Positions 1 to 12,468 of a DNA stretch of 64,000 nt are shown here, piece after piece. The DNA comes from Massalongia carnosa (taxonomy: Eukaryota). Every line of letters starts with the position of its first letter. The stretch's first letter is position 1. The stretch lies in assembly GCA_965645245.1 (NCBI GenBank), contig OZ287075.1:806001-870000 (forward strand), in the 5' to 3' direction. Position numbers and translations under genes: made by a program. Under the pieces are notes generated by a model that made no database searches, was not told the origin of the DNA, and saw nothing but the letters and a program-made list of their open reading frames with translations.

Positions 1-3000
1 GCTTACGGCCGATGCGCATCACATACTACTTGGAGATTTTAACCTGCATCATCCCTTTTGGAATGGTCCCTCAAGACCCACACAACACGCTGCTGCTGAT
101 CAATTACTGGAAATAATCGATGATCATAATCTTTCGTTGAAACTGCCGAAAGGCACCGTAACATGGGAAGCAAGAAACACGTCTAGCACGATAGATTTGG
201 TTTTCATGTCAGAATACCTAGTCGAAAGACCCGAACACTACATGTCCAGACCAGAATTGAATCAATCGTCCGATCACGTGCCGATATCAACCCGTATCCT
301 ACTCGGAAGCGAGCCGCAACCGAAAATCAAACGCAGAGCATGGAAATATCTAAACCTGGAAAAATTAAGGGAGGCCGAACGACACGCCCCTATACCAGAG
401 TCTCCCCGTACTACTGCCGAGATTGATGCGTACGCGGAATCGATTCAAAAATTTCTACAAAATGTAATCAACGAAGCAGTTCTATTGGCAAAATCTAGCG
501 AATATGCTAAGCCATTCTGGACAGAAGAATGCAGCATTGCAACCAAAGCCACACGGAAACTACGCCGCATATGGTCCAGCACGTTAGACCTAACGGACTG
601 GTCTAACTATATGAAATCCAATGATAAAAAACAGAAAATCATTCAAAAGGCAAAGAGAACAAACTTTCGTCAAGAAATCAATTAGGCACCCGAAATGCCT
701 CAGGGACTATGGCGGCTAGCGAAATAGGCCAAAGACAAAAGTCATCAATCTAGAGAAGTATCCAAAATGCCGATGCTAAAATTCAATGACCAAGTAGCAG
801 ACACGTTTGACCAAAAAGCCGAAATGCTGAAAGGTGTCTTCTTTCCCGCACCACCACCGGCCGACTTAAGCGACATAGAAGGATCCTTCTATCCTACATC
901 GCCGCACTGCCCAATAATCATCACCAAGTCAGAAGTATCGACGGCCCTGAGTCGGCTCAAGTCCGATAAGGCACCGGGCCCAGATGGCATATCTAGTAGA
1001 ATACTCAAAGCATGCAGCGAAATACTTGTCGAACTACTAATACTTCTGTTTCGGGATTGCGTCATACACTCGTACCACCCGCGGGCCTTCAAAATGGCAA
1101 ACACAATAGCGCTGAAAAAAATAGGTAAAGGAGACTATACCACGCCGAAAGCCTACCGTCCAATTGCACTGCTCAACACGATCAGTAAAGTTATGGAATC
1201 CATCATTTGATCGAAAATAACCTATCTGGCGGAAAAACACCGGCTCCTACCCGATACACAGATGGGGGCAAGGAAGGGCAGATCCACAGAGTCAACACTG
1301 GAACTGCTAACTGAACAGGTTCACACGATTTGGGGACAGGGAAAAGACAAAGTAGCCAAACTTCTAAGCATGGACGTCGCCGGCGCGTTCGATACGGTAT
1401 CACATCATCGACTAACGCACAACCTACGGAAAAGAAAAGTTCCAAAATAGATCACCGACTGGTTAAACAGCTTTCTGAGCGATCGAAGCACCACTTAACA
1501 ATAAATCGAAAAGTCACTGGGCGGTTTGCGGTAAGAACGGGTATCCCCCAGGGCTCTCCCCTGTCAACCATTCTTTACCTATTTTACAATGCAGATCTAT
1601 TGGATATATGTGATCGACCAGGCAAAAATATAAGTGCAATAGGATTCGTAGACGACTCTAACATTTTGGCATATGGAAAAAGCACCGAGGAAAACTGCAA
1701 AACTCTAGAGGCAATATACAGACAATGTGAGAAGTAGGCTTCCCGGCACGGGTCCGTATTCGATCCGACGAAGTACGAACTCATACACTTGTCTAGAAAT
1801 CCCAAAAGATTCAACATGACTGCATCCATCAATATTGCTAGCACCGAAATTGAACCTAAAATGGATATCAGAGTATTGGGCCTACAAATCGACAACAAAT
1901 TGAAATTGGGACCGCACGTTCGCAAGACGCAAGAGAAAATGTTCAAACAATCCATGACATTGACAAAAATTTCCACATCAACCTGGGGTGCCACCTTCGC
2001 CAAGGCAAGGCAGGTATACAGTGCCGTGGTACCTCCGGCCATGATATATGGGTCAACCGTATGGCACATGCCCAAAGAAGTCGAAAAGTCAAAAACGTCA
2101 ACGAGCAAGCTCTCCGTAATGCAAAACAATTTGGCTTCGCACCATAGCCGGTGCCTTTAAAGCCACTCCTATCTCAGTACTAGAAGTAGAGACATTTATA
2201 GTGGCTATAGACACGCATCTCGATATGCTACAAGCACAGGCAAGGCACCGGCTCTGAGCCGGAGGCCAATTGAAGATCATCTCCTCCGCATACAATAAAA
2301 TAGCTGACAAACTTCGAGGCAATGCAGGTCGCAAACGACTTCAAAAGCCCACCCCGGGAGAGCTGAAACACATCTTGGCCAAAAGCCTACTGATCGACTC
2401 AAAAATAGTTCAACCACCAAAGGCACACCTACCATGGTTCGAAGTCTACCCGGCGTGACACCGCGAAGCTACCGTGTCGGCAACGGCCCGACACAAGCAG
2501 ATGCAAACAATCAAAGCATGACAAATAAAGGTCTGGAACGACTCGTGGTGCGCATATCAAAATCGCGTCATCGAACCCTCCATAGCACAATCAGTCCCAC
2601 TGAGCAAAAAACGGCTGAAAATACACACGCAGCTAAAAAAGGCGGAAAGCGCTCTAACAACGCAAATCCGCACTAGCATGATCGGGTTAGCTGACTTCCT
2701 CTACAAGCGGCGGGTGCCCTCCGTCACCTCACCGGCCTGCTCATGTGGCTGGCACAGACAAACTCCAGAACATGTAATCATGTTCTGCAGACTTATTGAC
2801 AATAGAGAACAGATGTTTCGCGCCGCCGGCACGAGCGACTATCAGCAGCTTACAAAATCATCAAAAACTCTGAAGATACTAACACCTTGGCTAATGAAAA
2901 CAGTCTTATTGAATCAATTCTCACTAACATAAACATTATTGTAAAATCGACAATAGTTGAACCTCTCTTTCTTTCTTCTCTTTTCACAATGCATTTCAGC

Positions 3001-3189
3001 TCCCACAAATCTTTTCCACTGCGTCTCCCGCCCGACATCGACACGTAGTCACATCGGACGGGTATCAAAGGACATGGTTTTTACACCTATGAAAGGTTTT
3101 CCATGTAACATAACTTAGATAGCTTTGCCCGCATGGGTCGGCCTACGGCCGGTGTCATATCGGAATATGAATACATCATCATAATCATC
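1..3189 (+). mobile_element. Tad1-like LINE, family A; decayed ORF2 (APE endonuclease, RT, C-terminal CCHC) and 3' UTR; 5' part lies outside the window
   Basis: ORF fragments give GDFNLHH, TIDLVF, SDH, KAPGPDG, YRPIALLNT, DVAGAFD, GIPQGSPLS, FVDD and CSCG..QTPEHV.MFC. Multiple stops and frameshifts. Ends in an (ATC)n-like tail at about 3172-3189. Confidence 0.93.
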
Positions 3190-3299
3190 CTAATTTGGCA
3201 AGTTCTGAATATCGTATCGCGTTTATAATATGAGAAAAAATCCAAATCGTTTTTTCTAAGTTCGATAAAATATTAGTATTGGACAATTTATAGACCCAT
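3190..3299 (-). mobile_element. Internal fragment of family B LINE (RNase H region)
   Basis: Matches about 26185-26293 and 53605-53713 by eye. Confidence 0.75.
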
Positions 3300-3623
3300 T
3301 TTTTAATTTTTTTATTTATTCATTAAGTGTATTCAACCTAAGGTTATGACACTAAACTATTTTAAGAAATGTTTTTATTTTACAAATAAATCAACCCTTT
3401 ATAACCCAACTATGTATCGTCAATTTTGCCCCGTTTTTACTCCGTGTTAGTAACAACCTTTAGTAATCGAAATATCGATTTAACAATTTATTTTTGTAAA
3501 GCTCGTGAATATTCCTGCATAAATCATTTCTAACTTTACTGTTCGATCTCTCCCCAACCTCCCGTTTCGATATTTTCGTCATCGAGCTGACCTAGCATCC
3601 ATTTTCTAGTCACGATTTTGTTG
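3300..3623 (-). mobile_element. 5'-truncated family B LINE 3' end
   Basis: Poly(T), the shared 3' UTR and the last ORF2 codons (GGWGEIEQ*). Confidence 0.9.
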
Positions 3624-3881
3624 ATGATAATGATGATATATTCATATTCCGATATGACACCTGGTGTAGGCCGGCCCATGCGGGCAAAGTTATCTAAGTT
3701 ATATTACATGGAAAATCTTTCAAAGGTGTAAAAACCATGTCCCTTGATACCCGTCCGATGTGACTACGTGTCGACGTCGGGCGGGAGACGCAGTGCAAAA
3801 GACGTGTGGCAACTGTAATGCCTTGTGAAAATAGAAAAAAGAAAGAAAGGTTCAACTATTGTTGATTTTAAAATAATGTTT
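3624..3881 (-). mobile_element. 5'-truncated family A LINE 3' end
   Basis: Reverse complement of about 2930-3189, including the (GAT)n tail. Confidence 0.9.
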
Positions 3882-5459
3882 TTTTATTATTTATTCATTA
3901 AGTGTATTCAACCTAGGTTATGACACTAAACTATTTTAAGATATGTTTTTATTTTACAAATAAATTAACCCTTTATAACCCAACTATGTATCGTCAATAT
4001 TGCCCCGTTTTTACTCCGTGTTAGTAACAACCTTTAGTAATCGAAATATCGATTTTACAATTTGTTTTTGTAAAGCTCGTTAATATTCCAGCATAAATCA
4101 TTTCTAATTTTACTGTTCGATCTCTCCCCAACCTCCCGTTTCGATATTTTCGTCATCGAGCTGACCTAGCATCCATTTTCTAGTCGCGATTTTGTTATCA
4201 ACAATAAATTTAACCAAAATATTATTTCCGATCCTAGTATTAAACAACATTTTTAAAGTAATTGTGGTGTCGTTATTTTGTTTCATATTTAGGATTTCAT
4301 TAGAATAATGTATGCAATTCATCAATAAGTGTTCTGGCGTTTTACGTTCGTTGCAGCGCCCTGTGCATTTCGACGAATTATAATCTTTCAATCGGTGCAG
4401 ATATGATCGAAAATAACCGTGTCCGAATTTCAATTACATAATAGTTGCAAATATCAATTTCGAACAATTATTCGACAGATAATAAAAACTTGATTTGCCC
4501 GGCTGCATTTCGAATTTCTCATAGAATTTGCCTTTTGACTTGCATTGTTGCCATTGATTCGCCCATGTGGCTAACATATTTCGATTTATTTGACCGTTTA
4601 CATAATCGAATGTTATTGTCAAAGACTCGACTAGGATTCGACTATGTCCCGCTTTTGCTGCTTTATCTGCAATTTCATTTTCGACGATTTTCGAATGACT
4701 AGGAATCCATTGTAGAACCACCTGATAATTGTTTCCGAATAAGCATTTCGAGAATTTTCGAATTTGTTGTGCGTAAGTATGATTTGTCAAGTTCTGAATT
4801 TCGTTTATCGCGTTTATGCTATCGGAAAAAATCCGAATCGTTTTTTCCAAATTGGAGAGAATATTCGCAATTTTCAATTTGTATGCCCATTATATTGCTT
4901 GTAGTATCACATACAGTTATGCGTTTTTAACGCTTGACTATTTGTTTAATTTCCAGCTTTTTAAAATCGTATGATGTTTGAGGAGACAATCTTTTTCGAT
5001 AAAACGATCGAAGTTATCGGTGAAATTGTTCAAATTTGTCAGGGCATAGAAGGAATTAGGGCTAAGCTAACTAAGCGGGGCTTAGTTCTACGGCTAGGCT
5101 TAGTCATATGGAAAGCAGTTGGTCTGCGTTACGCGGCTGTTATCTACTGCCGAGAGCATAGTACGAGCGATCGAGATATACGATACTCGTACGATTATTG
5201 AGCGGATGGTACGATACAGTCAGCACAGTGTCCACGATACAGTCAGCACAGTGTCTACGATACACTCAGCACAGTGTCCACGATGCAGTCAGCAGAGTGT
5301 TTAGCCGGCTTATCCGGGAGGAGTAATAGGCGGTCAAGATAGTTACAGTATCAAAGGCCCAGAGGGTCAAGGGCTTCGGTCTGGGTATATAAGGAGGCTG
5401 CTCGAGGGAGATGCAATCTTCAACGATTAGTCTTCCGCTTTACCTATATACTTCTTTTA

Positions 5460-5907
5460 TGTCAAGGACTGGGCAGGGGATCGAACTAATATTCCTAGGA
5501 ATTGGATTGGGTGATCAAGATGTCTTTATTAATAAGGCTATAGCTAGGTGATGGTTTGCTATACAAGACGTCGGACAAGGAGTCAACTATCTAATTAACT
5601 TGTCCTTCCTTTTATATTTGTCTCGAACCCCTTTGCATGAAGATTCGATCAGTGTTCATCTCCCAATATTAGGAGACGTATGGCACGAAGGTTTGACGAG
5701 GTGTTTGACGATAAAAGGTAGAGATGAGGTTCTCCTGTCGTTGGTACGCTATGATGATGATGGTACAGCTTTGACCTGAAGCCGTTGAGAGGGGTCTAAA
5801 CTCGATTTAGTTAATAAGATTCTGACTAAGCTGAATAGAGGAACGGGAGCTTAGTCAGATTCATCTGCGGGATTGATTCTGGATCAGGTTGGTTCGATTT
5901 CATGACA
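5460..5907 (-). repeat. Gypsy-1 3' LTR
   Basis: Near-identical direct repeat of 11591-12038; TGTCA...TGACA ends. Confidence 0.95.
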
Positions 5908-5947
5908 GTAGCTCCCCTTTCAAGAGCTGAGCTCCTGCGAAGCAGTT

Positions 5948-8900
5948 TTATTCATGACAGCGACATCGAGGAATAGAACAGGGGGTGAGATGTGGGCCGG
6001 ATGCACCAGGATAGGCTTCGTGGAATTCGTCCAGAGCTTGTTGACAGTTGGTTAGTAGGTGAAATGGCTCCCAGGTGGGGGTATGTCCTTCCCAGTTGAC
6101 GAAATACTTGAGAAGCGGAGGTTGATAACGTCTGTCCAGTTTCGAGTTCAGAATGCTGTTGACATACCATTCTCGCTGTCCATCTTCGGCTATTATTGGG
6201 TCGCGAAGCTCGGGAATTTGTCCTGGGAGGGGGTCGTCTGCGTCGTGCTGGAGCAGATTTACATGAAAGACCGGATGAATTTTAACCGTGTCGGGGAGTT
6301 CCAGTTGAACAATAAGAGGGTTGGCGAACACCTTACAGACTCGGTAAAGACCGACATTTCGATCGTCCAGTTTGGCTGCCGGACGGGCTGTCTGGATATT
6401 TCGGGTGTTCAGCCATACCATGTCTCCTACAAGGTAACGAGGACAGGGACGGCGGTTCTCATTGGCGGAAGATTCGTATGAGGCCTGCGCGATCAATATC
6501 TCTTCTCGTAGGTGAGTGTCTACGTCTCGCATCTTGTCTACGAATCGATTGGCGGCGATCAGGTTAGCGATTCCCTGGGCGGTCAGGTCTTGCGGAAGTG
6601 GCTCTTCGGGTTCGAATCCTACCCTGGGGTGTTGTCCATAATTAGCCAGGAAGGGAGAGGCGAGAATGCTGGAGGAGTCGGTGTTATTGCTGGAGAATTC
6701 GGCACTGGGTAAGTACTGGGCCCAGTCATCTTGCATGTAATTGACGTATGCCCGAAGATAGTGCTCCATGGTTGCATTAACCCTCTCGGTTTGGCCATCT
6801 GTCTCGGGATGAAAACTGGTTGATAGCCTAGCATCAATTCTAAGCCGTTTACACATGATGTCCCAGAAATCGGAGGTGAATTGGGTGCCTCGATCCGAAA
6901 TCAAGGCGTCTGGGAGACCGTGTAATTTCCATACATTTTGGTAGAAGGAGTTAGCAGCCTCTTCTACCTCCATGGAGGTGGTGGGGACGAAATGTCGCAT
7001 CTTGGAAAGGCGATCGATGAAGACGAGGATATAACGATAGGTTATACCCATGAAGGTGCTCGGAGGCAGCGGACCTACGTAGTCCATGGAAACGTCACGC
7101 CATCGACGTTCGGGTGGGGAAAGAGGGCGTAGCCATCCTTGGTATCGTTGGCGGGTTGGTTTGGATCGTCTACAGGTGTGACAGTTACGAATGAATCGTT
7201 TGACGGTTTGATGCATACTGGGCCACCAGTATGATCAATTCATTAGTTCGTAGCATTTGGAACGACCGGGATGGCCACCTGCTACGCTGCCGTGTGCCTG
7301 TTGAATGAGACGGAGACGGAGCCGATCCGAATTGGGTACGTATCGACGGTTTCGAAAATAAAGAATCCCTTCTTTATCTTCACATTCGGCTAGCTGAATG
7401 CCGTTATGATATCTGACATTATTGCGAAGCATGTCTAGAACTTTCAGAGAGAATTGATCCTGTTCCAGAGCTTGTTCCCATAACAGCTGAGTTGGGACGT
7501 CGGTCGGGTCTTGGCCAGGATTGGTTTGGTCGGCAGGCTGATCCAGCTGTGGTTCAGGTTCAATGAACTCGTGATCATGTTCAACGGACTCGGGATCCTG
7601 TTCGATGAACGCGGGGGCTAGGATAATCGTGGATAAGAAACTTTTCGCCACTTCGTCGTCCAGGTTATGAGTTTTCAGGATGGTTTGATGCTGATGTTTA
7701 TGTCTTTCATCAGTTTCATCCCCCTCTTTAGGGAGGTCTCCTGAGCGACGAGTCAGTGCATCTGGTTTTCCACCAGCTTTTCCGGGTCGATAGACTATTT
7801 TAAAGTCAAATCGGGATAAGAATTCGGACCAGCGAGCTTGACGACGACTGAGTTGTTTGGTTGAAGCGAAGTATTCCAAATTCTTATGATCTGAGATAAC
7901 GCTGATGGGGTGAGCAGAACCTTCCAATTCCGGTCTCCATCATTCGAAGCATCGGACGATGGCCATGAGTTCCTTGTCATAGATCTCATAATTGGATTCG
8001 GCCGGGTTGTGTTTCTTGGAGAAGTATGCGATGGGCCGAAGCACGTTCTCGTTGTCATACTGAGAAAGGATACCACCAGAGACGTAGTCCGAAGCATCGG
8101 TTTCCACGATGATAGGACGATCGTGATCGAAATGCATCAGTATTAGTTCCGAGGTGAAAGCTTTTTTTAGAGTTTCGAAGGCCTGTTGACATTTGTCAGT
8201 CCATTGAAAGCTGACCTCCTTTTTGGTTAGATTCGTCAGTGGGCCGACTATCTTACTAAAGCCGTATACGAATCGTCTATAGAAGTTAGCAAATCCCAGA
8301 AAGCTTTGTACATCTTTCATATTGATCGGTATTGGCCAATAAGTTACTTTTTCGATTTTTGCGGGGTCCATTTTGATTCCCTCGGTGGTTACGATTAGTC
8401 CGAGATAGGTAACTTCTGTGACATGAAATTTGCATTTGGTGATGTCTACTTGCAGCCCGGCTTCTCTCAGCTTGATGAGGATACGTTTGACGTTGATTTC
8501 ATGCTCGCCTTCAATTTCGCTGTAGATGAGAAAGTCATCTAGATAGGCCGTGCAAAAGTCGTCGAGATACTCTCGAAGAGTATCATTGATGAAGTGTTGA
8601 AAGGAGGCGGGGCCGTTACAGAGGCCGAATGGTAGGACCAGGGATTCGAAGAGGCCAAAACGGGTTCTGAATGCGGTGAGTTCTTCATCTCCTTCCTTGA
8701 GGCGGAGCCGATTGAACGCTGAAATAATGTCCAGCTTGGTGAATATCTTAGCCCGACTCAGGCGATTTAGGGTTTCGGTGATCAGGGGAAGCGGATACCG
8801 ATTCTTAATCGTGATGGCATTGAGGCCTCGATAGTCGACACAGAAGCGAAGTCCTCCTCCTGGCTTCTTTACGAACATGACTGGGGAGGCAGCGGGGGAT

Positions 8901-10339
8901 TTACTAGCTCGGATGAAGCATTTCGACAGGTTCTCATCAAGGTAGCGTCGGAGTTCTTCGATTTCGGTTCGACTCATGCCATAAAGAGCTTGATTCGGGA
9001 TTGGAGAGCCTTCTTTTAGCTTTATGGCATGGTCGTAGGGTCGGTGTTCGGGCAGGACGTCCGATTCTTTTTTGGAGAAGACATCCAGAAAGTCGTGATA
9101 CTGTTTGGGTAGAAGGGGGGCTGGGTCGACGTTCTTTCGCTCACGATAAGCGTTCAGTTCTTCGGCGGTCACTGATGATTGCAGTGTCAAGGGTTGAGGT
9201 TCGGGTTCGGTCACTGAACATAACTGTGTCAGAGCCTGGTTCATACGGAACAGGGCTAAGTGATATTTCTTTTCACTAGGGCTGGACCGGGGGTTGGGTT
9301 GGTAGGTTGGTTTCGAGTGTGCCCAGTCAGTCTCTTGACGAAGGCGAGATTCGGGTTTGGGTTCAGGCTTAGGTTCAGGTTGAGTCAGGCCGAGAAAGTG
9401 ATCGATTTCTTTCAAGGAGAGAGCAAACATCTCGTGACTCTTTTTTCGTCCGAGATAGTTGAAGTTGAGGGCGCCGATTTCACAGACGTCTAAAACAGGA
9501 GGATTGCGATTCTGCTGGGCAGCATGTCGCTGAGTGGAGGTGCGATACGAAGAGGGACTTCGATATCGGATTTTCGGTGAGTCGCCCTGTTCAATCGCTT
9601 TTTCGATACGACTGATGTCCTGATTTTCGAGAGAAGTTGTCTTACTATCGCGCGGCGTGGTTTTATCGGACAGGACAGGTTTTTCGGACAGGATTTGACT
9701 ATTGGACGAGTAGTTTTCCGATTCCCATACTTCCTGACTTTCCGCAGGAGATAGGAATTTCTCGCCCGTGTAGGCCTTCACCTTGACTGGATGAGGGCTA
9801 CAATGAGCCAGGCAGAAAGAGGAAGACAGGGAGAGAGAGTTGGACTCGAAATCAGCGAGAGCTTGATGTCGTCGCAACCACGGGTGTCCCAGGACGATGG
9901 GGTAGGTTTTCAGTCCTGTTACGAAAAGGAATAATCTTTCTACATGTCCGTTTAAGTCCATGATTACCTCGGCCACATGAGTGATATTTCTAGTCAGAGC
10001 CGGCTGACCGTCGAAGCCTTCAAGGCGTCGGGCGTATTTGAGGGGATGAAGGGGGATTTGGTGAGTTTGCGCAAACTTCTTGTCAATGAATGCATAGCCA
10101 GATGCACCACAATCAATCAGATTGAGAGCTTGAATTCGAGATCTACCTAAACGTAAGATACATGATACCACTAGGTGGCTATCTCGAAACGCTTCTTCGG
10201 TTTCAAACAGCTCCAAAGCGGAGGCTGCGGAAAAACGAGTGTTTGATTGAAGGGGGGGAGAAAACGAGTTGGCTAACAGACAAGAAGAAATTAAAATAGG
10301 GCTCTGCGCGCGACGATGCGCAGAGTCTAGACGTTTCCC
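5948..10339 (-). pseudogene. pol: Gypsy-1 pol (protease, RT, RNase H, integrase, chromodomain) with two in-frame stops
   Basis: LIDCGAS, YLDD, ETDASD..GG.L, H..GHPG/C..C, SDRGTQF, DGQTER, EWYVNSIL..KYFVNWEG. ORFs 7940-10216, 7235-7927 and 5948-7216 share one frame. Confidence 0.93.
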
Positions 10340-11499
10340 GAGTCGTCAGTCTCGGGAGTGAGGGTCGAGACGACTTCCATGTTGCGAAGGCGTTTGGTAG
10401 GCTTATTTGGACAGTCGGAGGCCGACCCGAGGTGTTGCAATTTGCAATAGAAGCACAGGTTCCAATTCTCGCAGATCTTCCTTACTCCCTCGGTTTTCAA
10501 CGACTGACCTTTGACAGCCGCCATGGCCTGACTTAGGTCCATGGGGTCTCCAGCTGGGGGGAAGGCGGGGGTTGGGATCAATGGGGTGACCGTGCCCGTG
10601 ACGACAGTGCGGGGGAAAGGGGCAGCAGGAAGGTTGGTGCCGTTTCTTCGATTGGCGGGAGCTGATGTGGCTGGAGTCGTGGCCTTGGGTGCCAGATGAC
10701 GGATCTGACGGATTTTCCGGTCCGTGCTTAACCACATTGCGACGTGCTCGTCGAAGGTGATTGGCTCCAGATTGGTGCCGGGGACTCGGTAGTGGACGGC
10801 CGCGGTTTGAACGGAGTAGTTGATGTTTGCCTTCATGGCATCAATCAACGAAGCGTCTTCCATTCTGGATCGGTCTTTTTTCTGAGAGAAGAGAGTGTTG
10901 TACTATTCGAAACTCAGAGAGCCCTGCTTGAGGGTTTCTCGAAGGTACTTACGGGCATCCTCTTGTTCGAAGGGGTTGCCGCAGGCTAGGCGAAGAGCAG
11001 AACGCCATTCGGAGAAGGTGGTGAGTCTACAAATGCCATCCACTCGATACGCATTCATAAGGTTGTGAGCTCGTTTCCCGATGGTGAGCCGATTCTCCGC
11101 GTATGCAATCTTGGAAGCATCGGTGGAGTATCGATCATGATTAACGTGCATCCGTTGAATCAGGCTCTGTTCCCAGGAGTCCAACTTGGCTTCATCTCCA
11201 TCGTACTCGGAGATGTCGGGAAGTTTTTCGGAACAAAGATCGGTTTTGGACTCGGAATTCCGGGTCAAAAGGAGCTGCAGGAGGGCAGCTATCTGAGGGT
11301 TCATTGCCGGAACGGACGAGGGAGACGAGGTTGATGCTGGAGTGGGTATAGGGGGGTCGGGAGCTGGGGCGGCCTGCAACCGGGCCACCTCGTCTTGAAG
11401 TCGTCGTATTTCCGCGACGAATGCTTCAGGATTGGGTTGGAACTGGTTTTGAAACAACTTCACGTTCTCGTCGATGAGAGGATTTTGGGGGACGGTCAT
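10327..11499 (-). pseudogene. gag: Gypsy-1 gag with one in-frame stop at 10903-10905
   Basis: ORFs 10903-11499 and 10327-10863 are in frame. GDPMDLS and CFYC..QH....DC knuckle. Lies upstream of pol. Confidence 0.88.
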
Positions 11500-11590
11500 C
11501 TCTTCTGAAGACGAAGATATGATGGTGGAATATGAGGGGGGACAGGGGCTAGTGCTATAAAAGGCACCTTTCGATGTAGGTCCGACGTAA

Positions 11591-12038
11591 TGTCAAGGAC
11601 TGGGCAGGGGATTGAACTAATGTTTCTAGGAATTCGATTGGGTGATCAAGATGTCTTTATTAATAAAGCTATAGCTAGGTGATGGATTGCTATACAAGAC
11701 GTCGGACAAGGAGTCAACTATCTAATTAACTTGTCCTTCCTTTTATATTTGTCTCGAACCCCTTTGCATGAAGATTCGATCAGTGTTCATCTCCCAATAT
11801 TAGGAGACGTACGGCACGAAGGTTTGACGAGGTGTTTGACGATAAAAGGTGGAGATGAGGTTCTCCTGTCGTTGGTACGATTTAATGGTGATGGTACAGC
11901 TTTGACCTGAAGCCGTTGAGAGGGGTCTAAACTCGATTTAGTTAATAAGATTCTGACTAAGCTGAATAGAGGAACGGGAGCTTAGTCAGATTCATCTGCG
12001 GGATTGATTCTGGATCGGGTTGGTTCGATTTCATGACA
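11591..12038 (-). repeat. Gypsy-1 5' LTR
   Basis: Repeat of 5460-5907; TATAAAA on minus at 11747-11741. Confidence 0.95.
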
Positions 12039-12468
12039 TTTTAGTATATTAGTATAGCAAATCATTAGTGTCTTCACATTGTCACATATCCCTAGGCCCG
12101 GTGTCTGATAATCGCCAGGTCTGACTCTTACAAAATTTCGCATAATTGGTGCAAATGTGACAACGGAAGTCGAAAAGTCGGTTTTTGATCCATCGGTATA
12201 GAGTAACACTCGCGATTTATCAGCGTTTATTGATTGAATTTTTTTATTTTTATTTATTTATTCATTCAACCTAAGGTTATGACACTAAACTATTTTAAGA
12301 TATGGTTTTATTTTACAAATAAATCAACCCTTTATAACCCAACTATGTATCGACAATATTGCCCCGTTTTTACTCCGTGTTAGTAACAACCTTTAGTAAT
12401 CGAAATATCGATTTTACAATTTGTTTTTGTAAAGCTCGTTAATATTCCAGCATAAATCATTTCTAATT

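Larger units (their letters stand above)
5460..12038 (-). mobile_element. Full-length Ty3/Gypsy chromovirus (Gypsy-1)
   Basis: 448-bp LTRs. TSD TTTTA at 5455-5459 and 12039-12043. PPT (AAAGGGGGAGC on minus) next to 5907. gag-PR-RT-RH-INT-chromodomain order. Confidence 0.96.
5037..12132 (+). mobile_element. Solo LTR of Gypsy-2 family, split by the Gypsy-1 insertion (pieces 5037-5459 and 12044-12132)
   Basis: TG...CA ends. 5-bp TSD AAATT at 5032-5036 and 12133-12137. Matches LTR 18120-18633. Confidence 0.93.
3882..12240 (-). mobile_element. 5'-truncated family B (B3) LINE, RNase H/CCHC part, interrupted by a solo LTR at 5037-12132
   Basis: ORFs 4110-4433 and 4434-4877. LINE sequence resumes at 12138 (YTDGSK in ORF 11982-12209) after the AAATT duplication. 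Confidence 0.9.
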
